Position numbers and translations under genes: made by a program
Origin: Octopus sinensis
Lineage: Eukaryota
Length of the DNA: 64,000 bases
Assembly: GCF_006345805.1 (NCBI RefSeq)
Contig: NC_043008.1
Span: 23,746,001-23,810,000 of the forward strand
Direction: 5' to 3'
The notes under the pieces: generated by a model
Database searches by the model: none
What the model was told of the DNA's origin: nothing
What the model saw: only the letters and a program-made list of their open reading frames with translations
Part shown: piece by piece, positions 39,130 through 52,468 of the stretch
How the letters are laid out: each line of letters starts with the position of its first letter
Numbering within the stretch: position 1 is the first letter of the stretch

Positions 39130-40000
39130 CTCTTGTAGGTGAGATACTGTCATGCTCCACACCAAATAGACCCAAACCAACCAGCTGCTCACGCAATGCA
39201 TCATGAAAAGAATGGGTACAAGTCATGTCATAGGTGGAACTATGATCACTTTCGATCATTCGAAGGCTTTCCATGGAATTGACCATCAATACTTGGTGGC
39301 TGTCCTCGTGGTGTCTGGTTTCTTCAGAAGCTGGATCGCTGTAATGTGCATAGATATTTGCTCGGTGATGAGAGTAAATGACCGACTATCGGAATAAGTA
39401 TTCTGCGTTAAGTTCACTAGCTTTGCCTTTTCTTTCTACTTCTGGACGTTCTGACCCTAGAGTCACAACGGAAGAAGGCGGAGATTTTGAGGGGGCATTC
39501 CGTGAGAGCTAGAATGCAGAAGATCCGTGTTTGCTTATGTGGACGACATCTTAGTAATAGTGCTAGACATCATGCAAATGAAGGTGATCGACACTACTTT
39601 AATGGGATATGAGGCAGTGACATGAGCAAAAATTAATCAAGGTGAAGGTCGAGCCTGCAGTATTGCACCCGGAGAGGCAGGTCTATGCCAGCTAACATCA
39701 TCACTTGGTGCTAGACGGTCGATAACGATAAGTGCCTAGTCTCAAGCATAGCCTGACTTTCAAGTATAGATATACTATGCTTGGAAGTCAAGCGGTGTGT
39801 CGAATACTTACTTGGCTTCCGTCATCTACTGCCACCTGACCCTAGTGACTTTATGATTGAACAGAATGGAAAGTTTGCTCTTACACTTTCTAGAGAGGGG
39901 ACGTGTTCTGCTGGTTAGATTGTCCATTTGCTGTCAACATCCGTTGCATGAAGACCTAGACATGCAGAGGCTAATTGATGTGCAAACACGCGTTGAAGAT
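39130..40000 (+). mobile_element. L1/Tx1-clade RT remnant
   Basis: FDHSKAFHGIDHQYL (compare LDQSKAFDRVDH) and AYVDD near 39533-39547. Confidence 0.7.
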
Positions 40001-42228
40001 ACGATATATCTAACATTTCTTTGGCAGTGAGCGGATGTGATCGCCTTTTGTTATTGAAATGAAAGTGGCCGATAGAATTGATAAAGTGTAGGACAAATAC
40101 CAACTTACAGCCTGAGTTGAAAGATATTTCACAGTTTAGGGTTGTTAAAATAAATACGAATCCACTAAGGCCAACGTCCAATGAAAAGGTGTGAAAATCA
40201 TTGTTACTACTATTGCATTGGTGACAGTCGGCAGTAGGAAGACTGTATTTCAGATAATTTAGTAATGATTCTGTACATTATGGGTTCAAATTCCATTCTG
40301 GGTTCAACTTTATCATCTCCCTTAGGAGGCGATAAACTATCTATCAGTATTCCGATAGAATGAATAGACTATACTTCTCCGGAAATATCTGACGCCGTAC
40401 CATTCTGGTAAATATTGATTCTTACTGCACTGAATCAAATGGAATAAGTCAATCATTAGTTTTCTGTAGACTCTAATTAATTTTGTAGTCTCGACATTCA
40501 CACATTTTTATTTTATAGCGAATACTTTATTCATTGGCGGAGGCACCACTGAATACATTCAGATTATTAAAACTCAAAGTGGAAACTTTGCCTCAGTAAC
40601 TACAGTAGTTTATAAAATAAATTGCAATATTATTATTGTGACATTGGGTTAATTCACCTTCTAAGTTCTTTAAGACCGTCTTCTTGGTAGATGGACTGAA
40701 CTATATGTATTTTGTATCCCCCTCTCTCCGATGAATCTATAGATAAACTTTTTTGTTACAGCCGACAATAAGGTACGAACCGCAGTAAATTTATTCAGTA
40801 GCATTTCTTCTTATAGTATTGCCAATTGCGCCTCTCCATAATTTTAGTAGTGATTCCGAAACCTGCTATCTTTTGGCGAGGGGATCCAAAGAAGAAAGAG
40901 AGAAATGGGTAGTTGATTATAACAACTTAACACTTATTTTACATATTTTATCAAATACTAAAAGATAAAAGTCTAAGATGATTTCGATAGGACTTGAACT
41001 GAGAAAGCCGCAACTAAACAACACAGGGCATTCTGACGGCTGTTCATCCTATCTTGCCAACTCATGGTGTTTCATAGTTTATAAGTATTACATGCATAAC
41101 CAATGCTTCTAAACTTTACTTCATATAACTTACAGTTTGAAAAGTAAGTTAATAAAAGAATCAGAAAAGAAAATAATTTTTTCTTTGTTTTAACCTGAAG
41201 TCTGAATATTATTTCCTCAGGCTTCCAACCACCAGGAAACCAGTTGAACTTTCTAGACTTATCTGTCATCGTCTTCCGGAATGGAACATGTCACCATAAT
41301 GCTTTTGTTGCCCTTGTAGCCTTAGTTTTTGTTGTTGATGATGTTACTCTGTTTTTGCACTCACTGCTGCAGAGGCAGATTTTTTTGTCTTCTGTTGTAG
41401 CTGCTTTTGTTGTTAGTTTATTTATTGTTAATATCACATTCATTTGTCGTGTTGTTTTGCAGTTGTTGGGTTTTGCTGTTGCTACATTTGTTCTGGATTT
41501 TAGTTATTTTGCAATTCGTTGCCACTTGAATTGTTTTCTTAATGTTATTATTGGGAATTGTAATATTATTATCATTATTATTATTATTAAAAATGTTTTC
41601 CAGCAATCCTTTTGCATTCTAGTGTGGGTGAGTTAATTCCATATGACTTATTAAATATGTATAAATATTTAAAAATATACTTTTCCATATACGCAGTTCT
41701 TCTTTGAGTTGCATTCTCGGATGTCTTTCGAGAACTAGCCACGCACACACACACATACACGCACGCACACATACGCATGCTGGAAAAGAGTTCTGGGGCT
41801 AAAACAACAGTAAAATCGTACTTCAGAGGACTGCCACAATCTGTTGGCATATAAACATTACAAAAAATTTACTATTTTTTGGAAAATATTTATCCAGTGC
41901 CGAATAGAACAATTTAGAAATGCTGGAAAGAATTTGCTTTCCAAAGGGATTTATATACCAATTGACATTACTGTTTATATTGGCGTTAGAATTTCTGTTC
42001 ATTTCTGTAGTTCTAGTGGACTGCTTTTCATAGCAGTTATTTCCTTTATCCGAGTGCGGCCTATTAATATTTCAGTTATTGTCTGAGTTACATATCTTAT
42101 GCGGCCCTAATTCCTTAAAATCACTAATAATCTTCATATTATCAGGTATTCCATGGTTACTTTCCAATTGTTCGAACTTCCTATCCTTATCGCTCACTTT
42201 TGTCTTTTTTATCGCGATTATTGTTATT

Positions 42229-43600
42229 GTCCATCGAGTTCATTCCCGTTCGTAGTACAAGTGACTATAAGGCCATCATTCCTATATAATCATGTATATA
42301 TAGAAAGAAATTCTAGATGCAAGTTGTGCAAAATGGAAGTTCCTATTAACATGCATAGTTCTGCACCGTCGTACGTATCCATCGGCACACCGAATAAAGA
42401 ATCTTCACTCTTTGTGACACAGGTGGAATCGTCGAAAAAATGTAGAGATTTTCTGGCATACAAGATAATATCGATGGACTCAAGGAGAATCTTATCACTT
42501 TCTTTCAAAGAATGGGCTTATAAAATCACTATAGATACGAACCTAACTAGCGTAAACTTCTTAGACATTTCCTTAGATTTACAATTAGATAAATTTAAAC
42601 CCTACCGTGAACCTAACGAAAAGCTATGCTATATCAACAAAGAGTCCAACCACCGACCTGTAATTCTTAATAATATAGTTGGCAATATAGGAAGGCGCAT
42701 ATCATCAAGATCATCGAACGAGACATCGTTTCGAAATGCCGCGCCTACTATAATGAAGTATTAAGAAACAGTGGATTCTCGAAGATCCAATATAGCCATA
42801 ACGAAAATAACCTTAATAAACCACGCAAGACTAGAACCAGGAAAGTTCTGTGGTTTAATTCAACTTTCAATATCGCCATAGAAGGTAATATAGGTAAAAG
42901 ATTCTTAAACCTAAGAGAACGCTTAAGGCGAGCTATTCTTGTAAGAACTTCACCTTTTTAATCAACCAGCATAGCACAAAGACTATTAGTAAAGCCAACA
43001 ATGCTGAAATAAATAACCAGCCTAAATTGCAACAGCAAAGACCAAAGTTAGTGTCTCTTAGAAGGAAATTGTCTAGTAAAAGGAATTGCCTTTTGGGCTA
43101 ACATTCAAATGAACAATGCAGGTACGTATAAAACATACACAGGTGCTACGGAAAATTCCTTCAAAACCAGACTATATTCTCATAGAAATTCCTTCAGATA
43201 TCCAGAGAATAGAACCGTAACGAGTCTGGCCAAACATATATGGCAGTTAAGGGAGGGAGAGTCTTCTTTTAAAATTTACTAGTCTACTCTGGAAAAAGCA
43301 GTCCCATACAGACACAGAGAGCACAGATTTTCAATGAGGCGTGATTTATGCTTGAGCGAGAAATTCTTTATCCTCTTTCAGGAGAAAAGCGTCTTAAATG
43401 AGAGATCAGAACTCTTGAACTGCTGTAGACACGCTTCCAAATATAAGTTGACAAAAAAATCCATACGAGTAAGAAACATTGGTCATTGGGTTTTGTAAGT
43501 TCGCTCAAATCTACCTACATCTATCAACTCATATAATTTTATTTTAATATAGTTTATTTCACCAACAAACAGACCCACGAAAAACCCTTCAACTATCTAG
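42229..43600 (+). mobile_element. Naiad-type Penelope-like element, 5'-truncated, RT palm inverted
   Basis: VPMDTYDGAELC..LYRNDGL on minus; VNFLDISLDL, YINKESNH, CLLEGNCL, YTGATENSFKTR, LCLSEK, LNERSELLNCCRH on plus. Confidence 0.88.
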
Positions 43601-44095
43601 AAACTATCTAATTATTTCATACTTCTAGATGCATTCCACCGGCAACTACACTGAATTTTATCAGTGGCCTACTGAATCTATTAATTATAATTTAAACGTA
43701 TGTTCAGAATAGAAAACCCATCATTTGTCCATTGTCCATGTAATTATTTAAAAAATATAGCCAAAGTTTTCCTTATTATTACTATTCATATATTTAATGG
43801 GTTTCGTTGCATTATTTTATTGTTGTAGTTAGACTTGCAAAGTTTAAAAACCTCTACTGATTTATATTACGTAAAATAATGCATTTTTATCCTAATTTTA
43901 TAATTTTAATTTAAACTTCATTTTGATTCCACTTATTCTAAAGTTTAGTAACCCACACATTTTCTCTCCCAATTGCAAGCCTTTTTCGTTAACGAATGCA
44001 TTAATCCTTTATTTATCTGCTTGAATATATATTCAACACGCCAGACACATACCAATACATATAAAGATGTTCTGTGTGTATGTATATATGCATGT

Positions 44096-44139
<44 letters not shown>

Positions 44140-44146
<7 letters not shown>

Positions 44147-45039
44147 TGTAGTTGTGTGAGTGTCTGTCCCCTTCGATTTAGATTCCTAACTACTCCCACA
44201 TTTTGCGGTGCAGTTTAACCAAATTCGGGTATCTTATAGTTGTGATTCATGTCGAGCCTGTCTGGGTATTAGCGCGCGTCTACGATGAGTCTACGATTTT
44301 AAAAATAATTTAACATCATTTTTTATTCCATTTTAATGCATATTTTTTCGTGTGTCGATGGCGGCGGAGTTGGCGTCCACGCTCGCACCGGCACCTGTGT
44401 TGCTTCTCCCCCTTCTTTCCTCCCTCGTGAAGCTGTGGGGAAGGGAGTGTAAGGAAATGAACGTCGTAATACGTTGTCAAGGAGACCAGCGTTCTTTTAG
44501 AACAACGACTTCATGGCTTGAAGTCGCCAAAACAGAAATCGCTAAAAAAGCTGAAACAGATCCACAAAAACGGCAATTACCGCCACACAGGGCAGGTTTC
44601 CTGTGCAAACAATTTGCACAACCGAATGTTTTAGTTGTTGCACAAATCTTTATATATAAAAGTAAGGTTGTGTGTCTGTCTCCCACGATTTAGATTCCTA
44701 ACTACTCCCACATTTTGCAGTGTAACCAAAACCGGGTATCTTATAGTCGTGATTCATATCGAGCCCTTCTGGGTATTAGCGCGCGTCTACGATGAGTCTA
44801 CGATTTAAAAAATAATTACCATAATTTTTTATTCCATTTTAATGCATTTTTCGCTATTATATAAGGGAAGTAACTCTCTAAAAATGTCTACGATGAGTCA
44901 ACGATTTAAAAAAAAAATTACCATCATTTTTTATTCCATTTTTAATGCATTTTTTGCTATTTTTTGGCTATAACTCACTAAAAATGCTTATATAGTTATT
45001 TCCCTTACAAACCCGAGCAACGCCGGGCGATACTGCTAG
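44140..45039 (+). mobile_element. non-autonomous Helitron, composite with duplicated 5' end
   Basis: 3' hairpin cccgagcaacgccggg then CTAG|T at 45036-45040; internal A|TCtttatatataaa start at 44647 repeating the ~44140-44345 block. Confidence 0.85.
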
Positions 45040-45305
45040 TATATATATATATATATATATATAATTCTAATGTGCTGAATCTTCACCCTAGGTGTAGGTT
45101 CCTTGTGTGTATAATTTTACACTATCTTATAATTAATATATAGTCTTTTTGACAAATATTTTGCACGTTGGACCACTGGAAATGTAAATTTTGATTAAAT
45201 ATTTTAAATTTAATCAGATTCCATTTCCCTTTTGATATGATATGATATGATATATATATATATATATATATATATATCTTTTATCTATATATATATATAT
45301 ATATA

Positions 45306-45685
45306 CTAGCAGTATCGCCCGGCGTTGCTCGGGTTTGTAAGGGAAATAACTATAAAGCATTTTAGAGAGTTATAGCCAAAAAATAGCTAAAAAATGGAAA
45401 AAAAATTATGGTAAATTTTTTTGAGAGTTAAAAAGGTCGAGTTGCGTCCCCTAGACAGTGTGTGGTTTGTGTTTCTGATTGTCGACCCCATGTCGAATTT
45501 ATCGATTTTTTTCAGAACTGGGGGAACTTTTCAAAATTTTCGCTGCGTTAGTTTTGAATTATGACATTGGGCTATGTGTGTGTCTAGTTTCATCAGAATC
45601 GGTTGAAAGCCGTGGTCAGGGTGAGGGTACAACCTAACAGACACACAGATACGCAGACAGACAAACTGCCGTTGATATATATAGA
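45306..45685 (-). mobile_element. non-autonomous Helitron
   Basis: Same 3' hairpin and CTAG on minus strand; 5' TCTATATAT end at ~45685. Confidence 0.85.
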
Positions 45686-45714
45686 GAGATATATGTGTGT
45701 GTGTGTGTGTGTAT

Positions 45715-46148
45715 ATGGCTTGACTGCCGACTGCCAACATCTCTTATGTCCACCCTCTATGTTCCTGCTCCAAGGCTTTCATTCTATACACGTCAGCTCA
45801 ATTTGATTCGTCCTCATTAGTTGAAAGACACCTGTTGTTATATTCCCGTTGTTTGTATTAGTAATTGTGTAACATGTTCTCCGATTTTTGTTTTTGTAGT
45901 ACACATTCGCTTACTTTCTTACAGAAAATCTAATGCTTTAGCTTAGACATTCTGGAGGCAACCAGATTCGAACATTCTCAAATGTAAAAGCCAAAACTCT
46001 AAGGACCGTCCGGAAACTTGACTGATGGATGAAGGCCACCAATGACCCATCTTTTTTTCCTGTTCGTGTATTTGTTGTTTTTTCTGTCCGCCTTTGTATT
46101 GTCTATCTTTCCGGATGTTTTATTGTCCTCTATTGCGTTTTTGTTCCA
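45715..46148 (+). repeat. interspersed repeat, probable Penelope 3' UTR/pLTR remnant
   Basis: Homologous in opposite orientation to ~51000-51400 (gaaagacacctgttgttat, aatgaccc). Confidence 0.6.
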
Positions 46149-46150
46149 TA

Positions 46151-46182
<32 letters not shown>

Positions 46183-46259
46183 GAAAAGGGTGAAAAAACT
46201 ACAGAAGGCTTGTTTTATAAGGTTAAAGAATATATTTAAGTCGTTATGTTAGAAAAATG

Positions 46260-49200
46260 TTAGAAAATTGTGTGTATAGTAACATAGTGTTTGGAGAAAT
46301 AACCGGTTTCGTGTAAACTTTTCAAATTTCTTTACCTACATCGTGTCATGTCTTCGTTATGAAGTGCAAAGAAGAGTTCCAGACAGGGGGAGGTAATCAG
46401 GGGTTTCTTCCGGTATAAGGGAGATAATCGCTTTATATTTTTTCCCTTTTTTTCAATTAGATGAGTTTCTCTGTATAAGAATGTTAGGATGGTTTAAGTT
46501 CAGGCTTATATTTTTCAATGAAGAATGTTTCCTTGTTTAATCTGTGTTGGTATTCCAATAGCACATTGATACAATGGAAAGATTAAAAATTGTGGTAGTA
46601 GTTGCTTTTCGCATTTCTCAATATGCTCACTAAAGGGTATCATTCTGTATTCTGGGAATGCAATCTGTTGTCGATGCAGAGTGCATCTGCGTCTGAGTGA
46701 TAATCCCGTGGACCCTACGAAGCTTTGGTGGCAGCCCGAGCATCTTATGACATAAATTATGTTTTCAGAAGCACAAGTAAAATTAGATCTGATCTTGAAT
46801 TTTTGTCCCTCTTTGAAAAGGAATTCTGATCCTTCTAGAAGGTTTGGGTATCTACCACATTTTTTTACTTTTGCATCCGTAGTTTCAGAAAACAATTTTG
46901 CCTTTGTGAGAATCTTTTTTGGTGATTTAGGTTGTTTGTATCTTTTAATGATTTTATGTATGTTTAGAATTTCCTTTAATTTGGGGTCCTTATGAAGTAT
47001 TGGTAAGTTCTGGGTGAGGATGGTGAAGGTTTCTTTGTTTCTGGGGTTGTATGTGGATATGTAAGGCAGTATTTTCGGGGAAAGTGTGTTGTTGTTTTGA
47101 ACTTTTCTCAAAGTTTCTATGTCGATTTCTGTCGCACGTCTGATCCCATCCTCTATGAGTTGAACTGGGTAGTGTCTGTCAATTAGGGTGTTTTTGAGTT
47201 CTTGTAGTCTTTGAGTTTTTGAGTTCCTGGTATTTTGTTCTGACACTATTGTGCATATCCTTCTTGCAAGGTTGAAAGGGATGTTTGTTTTTGTGTGTCT
47301 TGGGTGGCATGAATCAAAAAGTAGGTATTGTTTGGCCTCTGTGGTTTTGTAGACTATGTCTGTTTCTATTTTTAGGTTAATTTTTTAATCAGTATATCTA
47401 AGAATGGAAGCTCTTTTTGGTTGTACTCCATTGTGAACTGTATATTTGGGTTGATGCTGTTCAATAGGTTTTTGAAGTTTAGGAGTTTATCTGTGTTTTC
47501 ATTCCAGAGTATAAAACAGTCGTCCAGGAATCTTTTCCAATTCTCTTTTATGTATTGAGAAAGGGGGTTTCCAAAGGTTGATAAAGATTCCTGGTATATA
47601 ATTATTTCCAGGTAGCCCATTGTTAGGTTCGCCATGGCTGGTGCTGCCCTTGTATCCATAGCAATTCCGGATTTTTGACGGTAAAACGTATTGTCAAACA
47701 TGAAGTGATTATTTTGTAGGATGAATTTAACCGATTTAGTAATGAATTCTTTACTGATCCTTTTTGGTATTTCTTCCGGAAATTGGTCCAGCCAGAACTG
47801 TATTGCCTCTAGTCCATAATTATGAGGTATACTGGTATGTAAATTAACTACATCAAATGAAACAATGATTGTTTCTTCCTTGACTTTTTTTGGAAGGTGG
47901 TTTAACATATCTAAGTCATCTCTGATATGACTATCGATGTGTTTAAGGAAGGGTTTCAGGAGGATGTCCATAAATAGACTTAATCTGTGTGTTTCACAGG
48001 CTGGGCCAGCTACAATGGGTCGTAGTTTTAGGTCCCCCGGGTTAGGTGTGTGCATGTATGTCTTTGGTGATTTTTTAAATGGTTTCATTTATAATTTGGC
48101 TTTTGTGTATTTTTGGCAGAACATAGAAGAGGCTAGGGTTACATTTAAAGTTTGTTAGAAAATCAATCTCTTTGGTTGTCAGTTCCTTTCCATGGGTTTT
48201 AATTAGTGAGGACAGAGTTTTCATTATTTTTTGCGGGGTGTAGTTGGTGATTTTTTCATAATGTTGATTGTCATCTAGCAAGGAAATTACTAGATTTCTA
48301 TAGTATAATGTATCCATTATTACAACTGCATTTCCTTTGTCTGCTTTCTTAATGGTTATATCTTCATCATTTTGAAGTTCTATCAGTTCTTTCCATTGTG
48401 CAGTGCTAAAATTTGAGTTAACTGTCTGTTTATGTATAGTATGGTAGGGAAAGTTCTCAATGTGGCTGCAGAACTCGTCAAGATCTTTATTTCTTCCTCT
48501 GTGGGGGATGTGTTCACTTTTGTTTTTGGCTAGTGAGTCATCTTCAGTATTGAAACTGGTTGATGCTTCTGCTAGTCTTAATTTTCTGCAGAATTCTGTT
48601 ATATTGTCCTTGACTTCATTTTGGTTGGCTCTGCGTGGAGTTGGCGTGAATTTGAGGCCTTTTGAGAAGATGTCAATTTTTATGTTAGAGAGAGGTTTGG
48701 TTGAAAGGTTGATTATCTTTGGTTTTTCCTTATTACTAGGTTCCAGCCTGTGTCCTGGTGTCTCTGGTCTCGGGCTACAAAATGTTGGGTGCAATTTTGT
48801 TTGTATGAGTTGTCTGTGAGTTTGTGTGAGATTGGTTCGGAGGAACGGTGGTATTGTTGCCTCAGATTGTTATCTGTGTGTGGGTATCTATGGGTGTTTT
48901 CGTTAGTGATGTGTGTAAAATTTCTGTATGTGATATATTTTTGTTTCGAATTACTTGTATGTGGGATGTTGCTTGACTTAGTGTTATTTTGTGTTTGTCT
49001 TGTGTTCGATGGGGACCAGTAATTCTGGGTCATGGGGTAGCAGTTACTTGTGTGTGGTGTGTTTCTTATTCTAGTGTTATTTTGTGCTGTTATGGGGTGG
49101 TCAGGCCTGGTATTGAGATGTTGCTGGCGTGTTCTGTTCTTGGTGTAATCTGTTTCATAAATGCGTTGTCTCTTAGCTTGTTCCCTGTTAAGTCTTGCGT

Positions 49201-50140
49201 GGTTCAAAAATGCTGGTTGTAGATGATTTCTATTTCTAGTGTATGGAGGATAATGTTGTTGATTAAGTGGTCGAAATTGGGGGTGGTTTGTGCTTTGTTC
49301 AGTTTTTGTTTGTTATTTCTTGTTATTTTCTTTAGAAAAGGATTATCTGTACCTAATTCATTTTTAAAAATTGATGCATATCTTTGGAAGAAATCGTTGC
49401 TTTTTCCCCAGCGTAGGAGAGAATTTCTTCCTTCCTTTTCACAGATTTCTTTCCAATGATTCATGGTATTTTCGAGGGGTTGTCCCTCGGTTTGTTTCTT
49501 TATTTCACTATGCATCTCCTCGTCGATGCTTTTATATTTTTCTTCATTAGTGGAGGCCCTAAGTCTTAGTAATTCTATTTCTGATTTTAGATTGAATAGA
49601 GCTGACCTTTCCCTAATAGTTCTCTGTCCGTCAGGTTCGTTGGGTATTGTTTTGATCTGGAATTTGCGTGTGAGGATAATTGGTGTTGAGTTCATTCATC
49701 CCTCGTATATATCTGCTTTATTGGAATTTTTTATCATGTTCCAGAAAGCGAGTTTCCTATTGTGGAGGTTTGTATTCCAAATGTTTTCTATTTTTCTTTT
49801 TGTTAGATTGATTTGTGTACGTATGATGTCCTGGTGTGTTTCATTTGCTGTGCGCTGGTCGTTGTTCGGCTTGTTTGTGAATGCCGACTTTAGTGTAGTG
49901 CATAGATTGTTCAAATCTTTACTAATTTGTTCTTGTTTTAAAATGAAATCGTTGAAGTTGTCGTGGATAAGTGGTTGTTGTTCATTGTGTGGTTTGTTAA
50001 TGAATATTGAGTTGAGGGTTGTGCATAAAAGTTGTAAATCATTACTAACCTGGTCAGTGTAGTGAGTTGTCTCTTCACTGTTTTTCCTTTCCCGGGCGAG
50101 TAGATTTGAGTCCTCGATTTTTTTATTTAAGGTAATAAGT
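46260..50140 (-). mobile_element. Penelope-like element (RT and GIY-YIG), near full length, frameshifted
   Basis: KGLKFTPTP, KKADKGNAVVIMD, LPKIHKS, LRPIVAGP, SFDVVNL, RFLDD, LPFLDI, NIIYVIRCSGCHQSFVGST. Confidence 0.95.
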
Positions 50141-50573
50141 TGTGCATAACCAACTTTAATCTTTTTACATATTTCAATTCACGATTGCATCACTGTACAT
50201 AAATCCCCTACTAAACAAGGTTTTTGAAACTTGTCTCTGTCTGTGCACATATATAATCTCCACCCATTACCGACAGCTGAACAGTTATCTCCCTTACCCA
50301 CAACAATAACAATAATGACAACCAATTACCTCCCTTTATTTATCTTCTTGTGAAGACATTCACTCGTTAATTTCATCACACACAACATGGACCAAATTTC
50401 TTCTTAAGTAAAAAATATATATTCAAATAAGTAAAACATAATATTATGAATAGCGATAGCGAAACCGGTCGATATATTAAAAAGTATATTAAAACTATGT
50501 GTAAGTGTGCGTATTTTCCTTTTTTAATTTCTTATATATACATATATATATATATATATAGATAGATAGATAG

Positions 50574-50907
50574 ATATCCAGTTAAATGAAGAAAAGAAAA
50601 TGGAGAATAGGAAGTTAGCAATTTTTTATTATTAACAAATTGGTCATCCTTACTTCTTACAGCTGTTTCAATTAATGCTCAATATGCGGACCTATCAGAC
50701 AGATCCGCATATAACATCTCAAGATACATCTTTTTCTCTGATGAAATTATGCTAATGTCACATGAATACAAATTTAATGTACAAATTTGTAATAAAATTA
50801 TTCAGAATTTTTTGAAACAACTGTAAGTAGTAAGGATGACCAATTTATTAATGATAAATAATTAACTTCCTACTCTCCCATTTCCTTTTTTCCATTTAAC
50901 CGGATAT
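50574..50907. repeat. fold-back element with ~95-bp inverted arms and hammerhead motifs
   Basis: Arms 50574-50671 / ~50812-50907; CTGATGA 50738-50744, GAAAC-aact-GTA 50814-50825; mirror GAAAC-agct-GTA on minus 50658-50669. Confidence 0.8.
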
Positions 50908-50999
50908 AAACTATATACTTAATATATAACTATTGTCTTAAGAGAATTTCAATGTTCAACAATAGGTATTGAAACACTATTTCCACGGATATAAATCAT

Positions 51000-51591
51000 C
51001 CAGATGCACGATACAGAAAACAAGGACGGGTCATTCGGAGTTTTCTTGCTTCAGTTGAGTTCCAGGTTATCTTTGTAATTTCAGCTGGTTATACTCGACA
51101 TTGCTCCAATCTGGCCAGCTCCAAAGAAAAACTAAGCTAAGAGCACTAGATTCCTTGGAAGAAAGCAGCAAATGTATACGAAAGCAAGGACGGAAAAACG
51201 AAGAAATTGTACACAAATACAAATGCAAATAAAGGACATAACAACAGGTGTCTTTCGACTAAGGACGAATTAAATCAAGCTGTTGTATCTGGAAGTGAAG
51301 CCTTACGGCAGCGACTTAAGAGATGACAGGTATAGGGAGGAATATAGGTGTTGCACGGATGGTACTCGAACCAAGAAAGGAAGGTCAGGCTTGGCCAAAC
51401 ACCGGTCACGTGGAGAGAGAAGAGAGAGAGAGAGAGAGGTAGAGGAAGAGGGATAGAAAAATTAGGGATGGACGAGAAAAAGGGAAAAGGGACAGAGTGA
51501 AGTGAAAGAGGAGGGAAGGTGAAGATGAAGAGAGAGCCAGGAAATGTGAGAGAGGGGAACGAAAGAAAGAAGTGTGGAAAGAACGAATTAT

Positions 51592-51666
<75 letters not shown>

Positions 51667-51830
51667 CGAGTAAGCGCATAAATGTGAACCAAGAGAGGAA
51701 AAATAATACCTGCATACCGGAGGTAGAGTAATATGCCTTCTTATTAAAGCTGCAAAAATATCACAAAACTATCACGATAATCTGCTACTCAGAGTTTCAC
51801 ATTCCTGTTGGTCTAGCAATTGTGATCGAG
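51000..51830 (-). repeat. probable Penelope 3' UTR/pLTR remnant with degenerate hammerhead-like motifs
   Basis: Homology to 45715-46148; minus-strand aca-ggaa-tgt-GAAA-ctc-t-gag-TA near 51785-51820. Confidence 0.55.
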
Positions 51831-52468
51831 AATGGAATAAAAATTTCGACTGTACATATAATATATATTTTGTTATGGTTAAAATTGACACATTTGAATT
51901 TGATTGGTTGATTTCACTAACGGTCTTTCAGAAGTATGCAAGTTGAGACAGTAAATATAAAATTGAAAATTAAAATACATAGATATAGTGTTGTATAAAA
52001 TCGAAGAAAACCTTGAGTTGAATCAAAAAGAAATTTTGAGTAAAAAAGAAATCATGCATGCCCAGATTAATTAATGGTAAATAAATGAATAATTAATGAA
52101 TCGAAAGGTAAGTTTGTTTTATAAATTCTAAACCAATGGATTGAGAAAGTTGCTAGATTTTAAGAATACATTAACGGATGTCTTTTTTATATATGCAAGC
52201 ATACACGCACATACATAGAAATGTACACGTATATGTGCATATATTCACATAAATACAGACGCATATTAGTACATAAACACATGCATATGCATATAAATAT
52301 ACTTATACCTACACATAAGTGTACACACACATACACACACACGCAAACACATACACGCAAACACACACGTACACACACGCACAACACACTTATATATATA
52401 TATCAGAAGAAAATGAAAATGAAGATTGGAAAGTTAATAATTGTTTACTATTTACAGCAAATTAAACG

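Noticed and set aside
41195-41290. Possible host exon on minus (KFNWFPGGWKPEEIIFRLQ|gt)
   Set aside because: Upstream stops in all frames, no convincing acceptor, no recognisable homology
42290-42292. In-frame TGA in the Naiad-type RT as possible selenocysteine
   Set aside because: It replaces the Gly of GLYRDD rather than a Cys, and the copy is otherwise decayed
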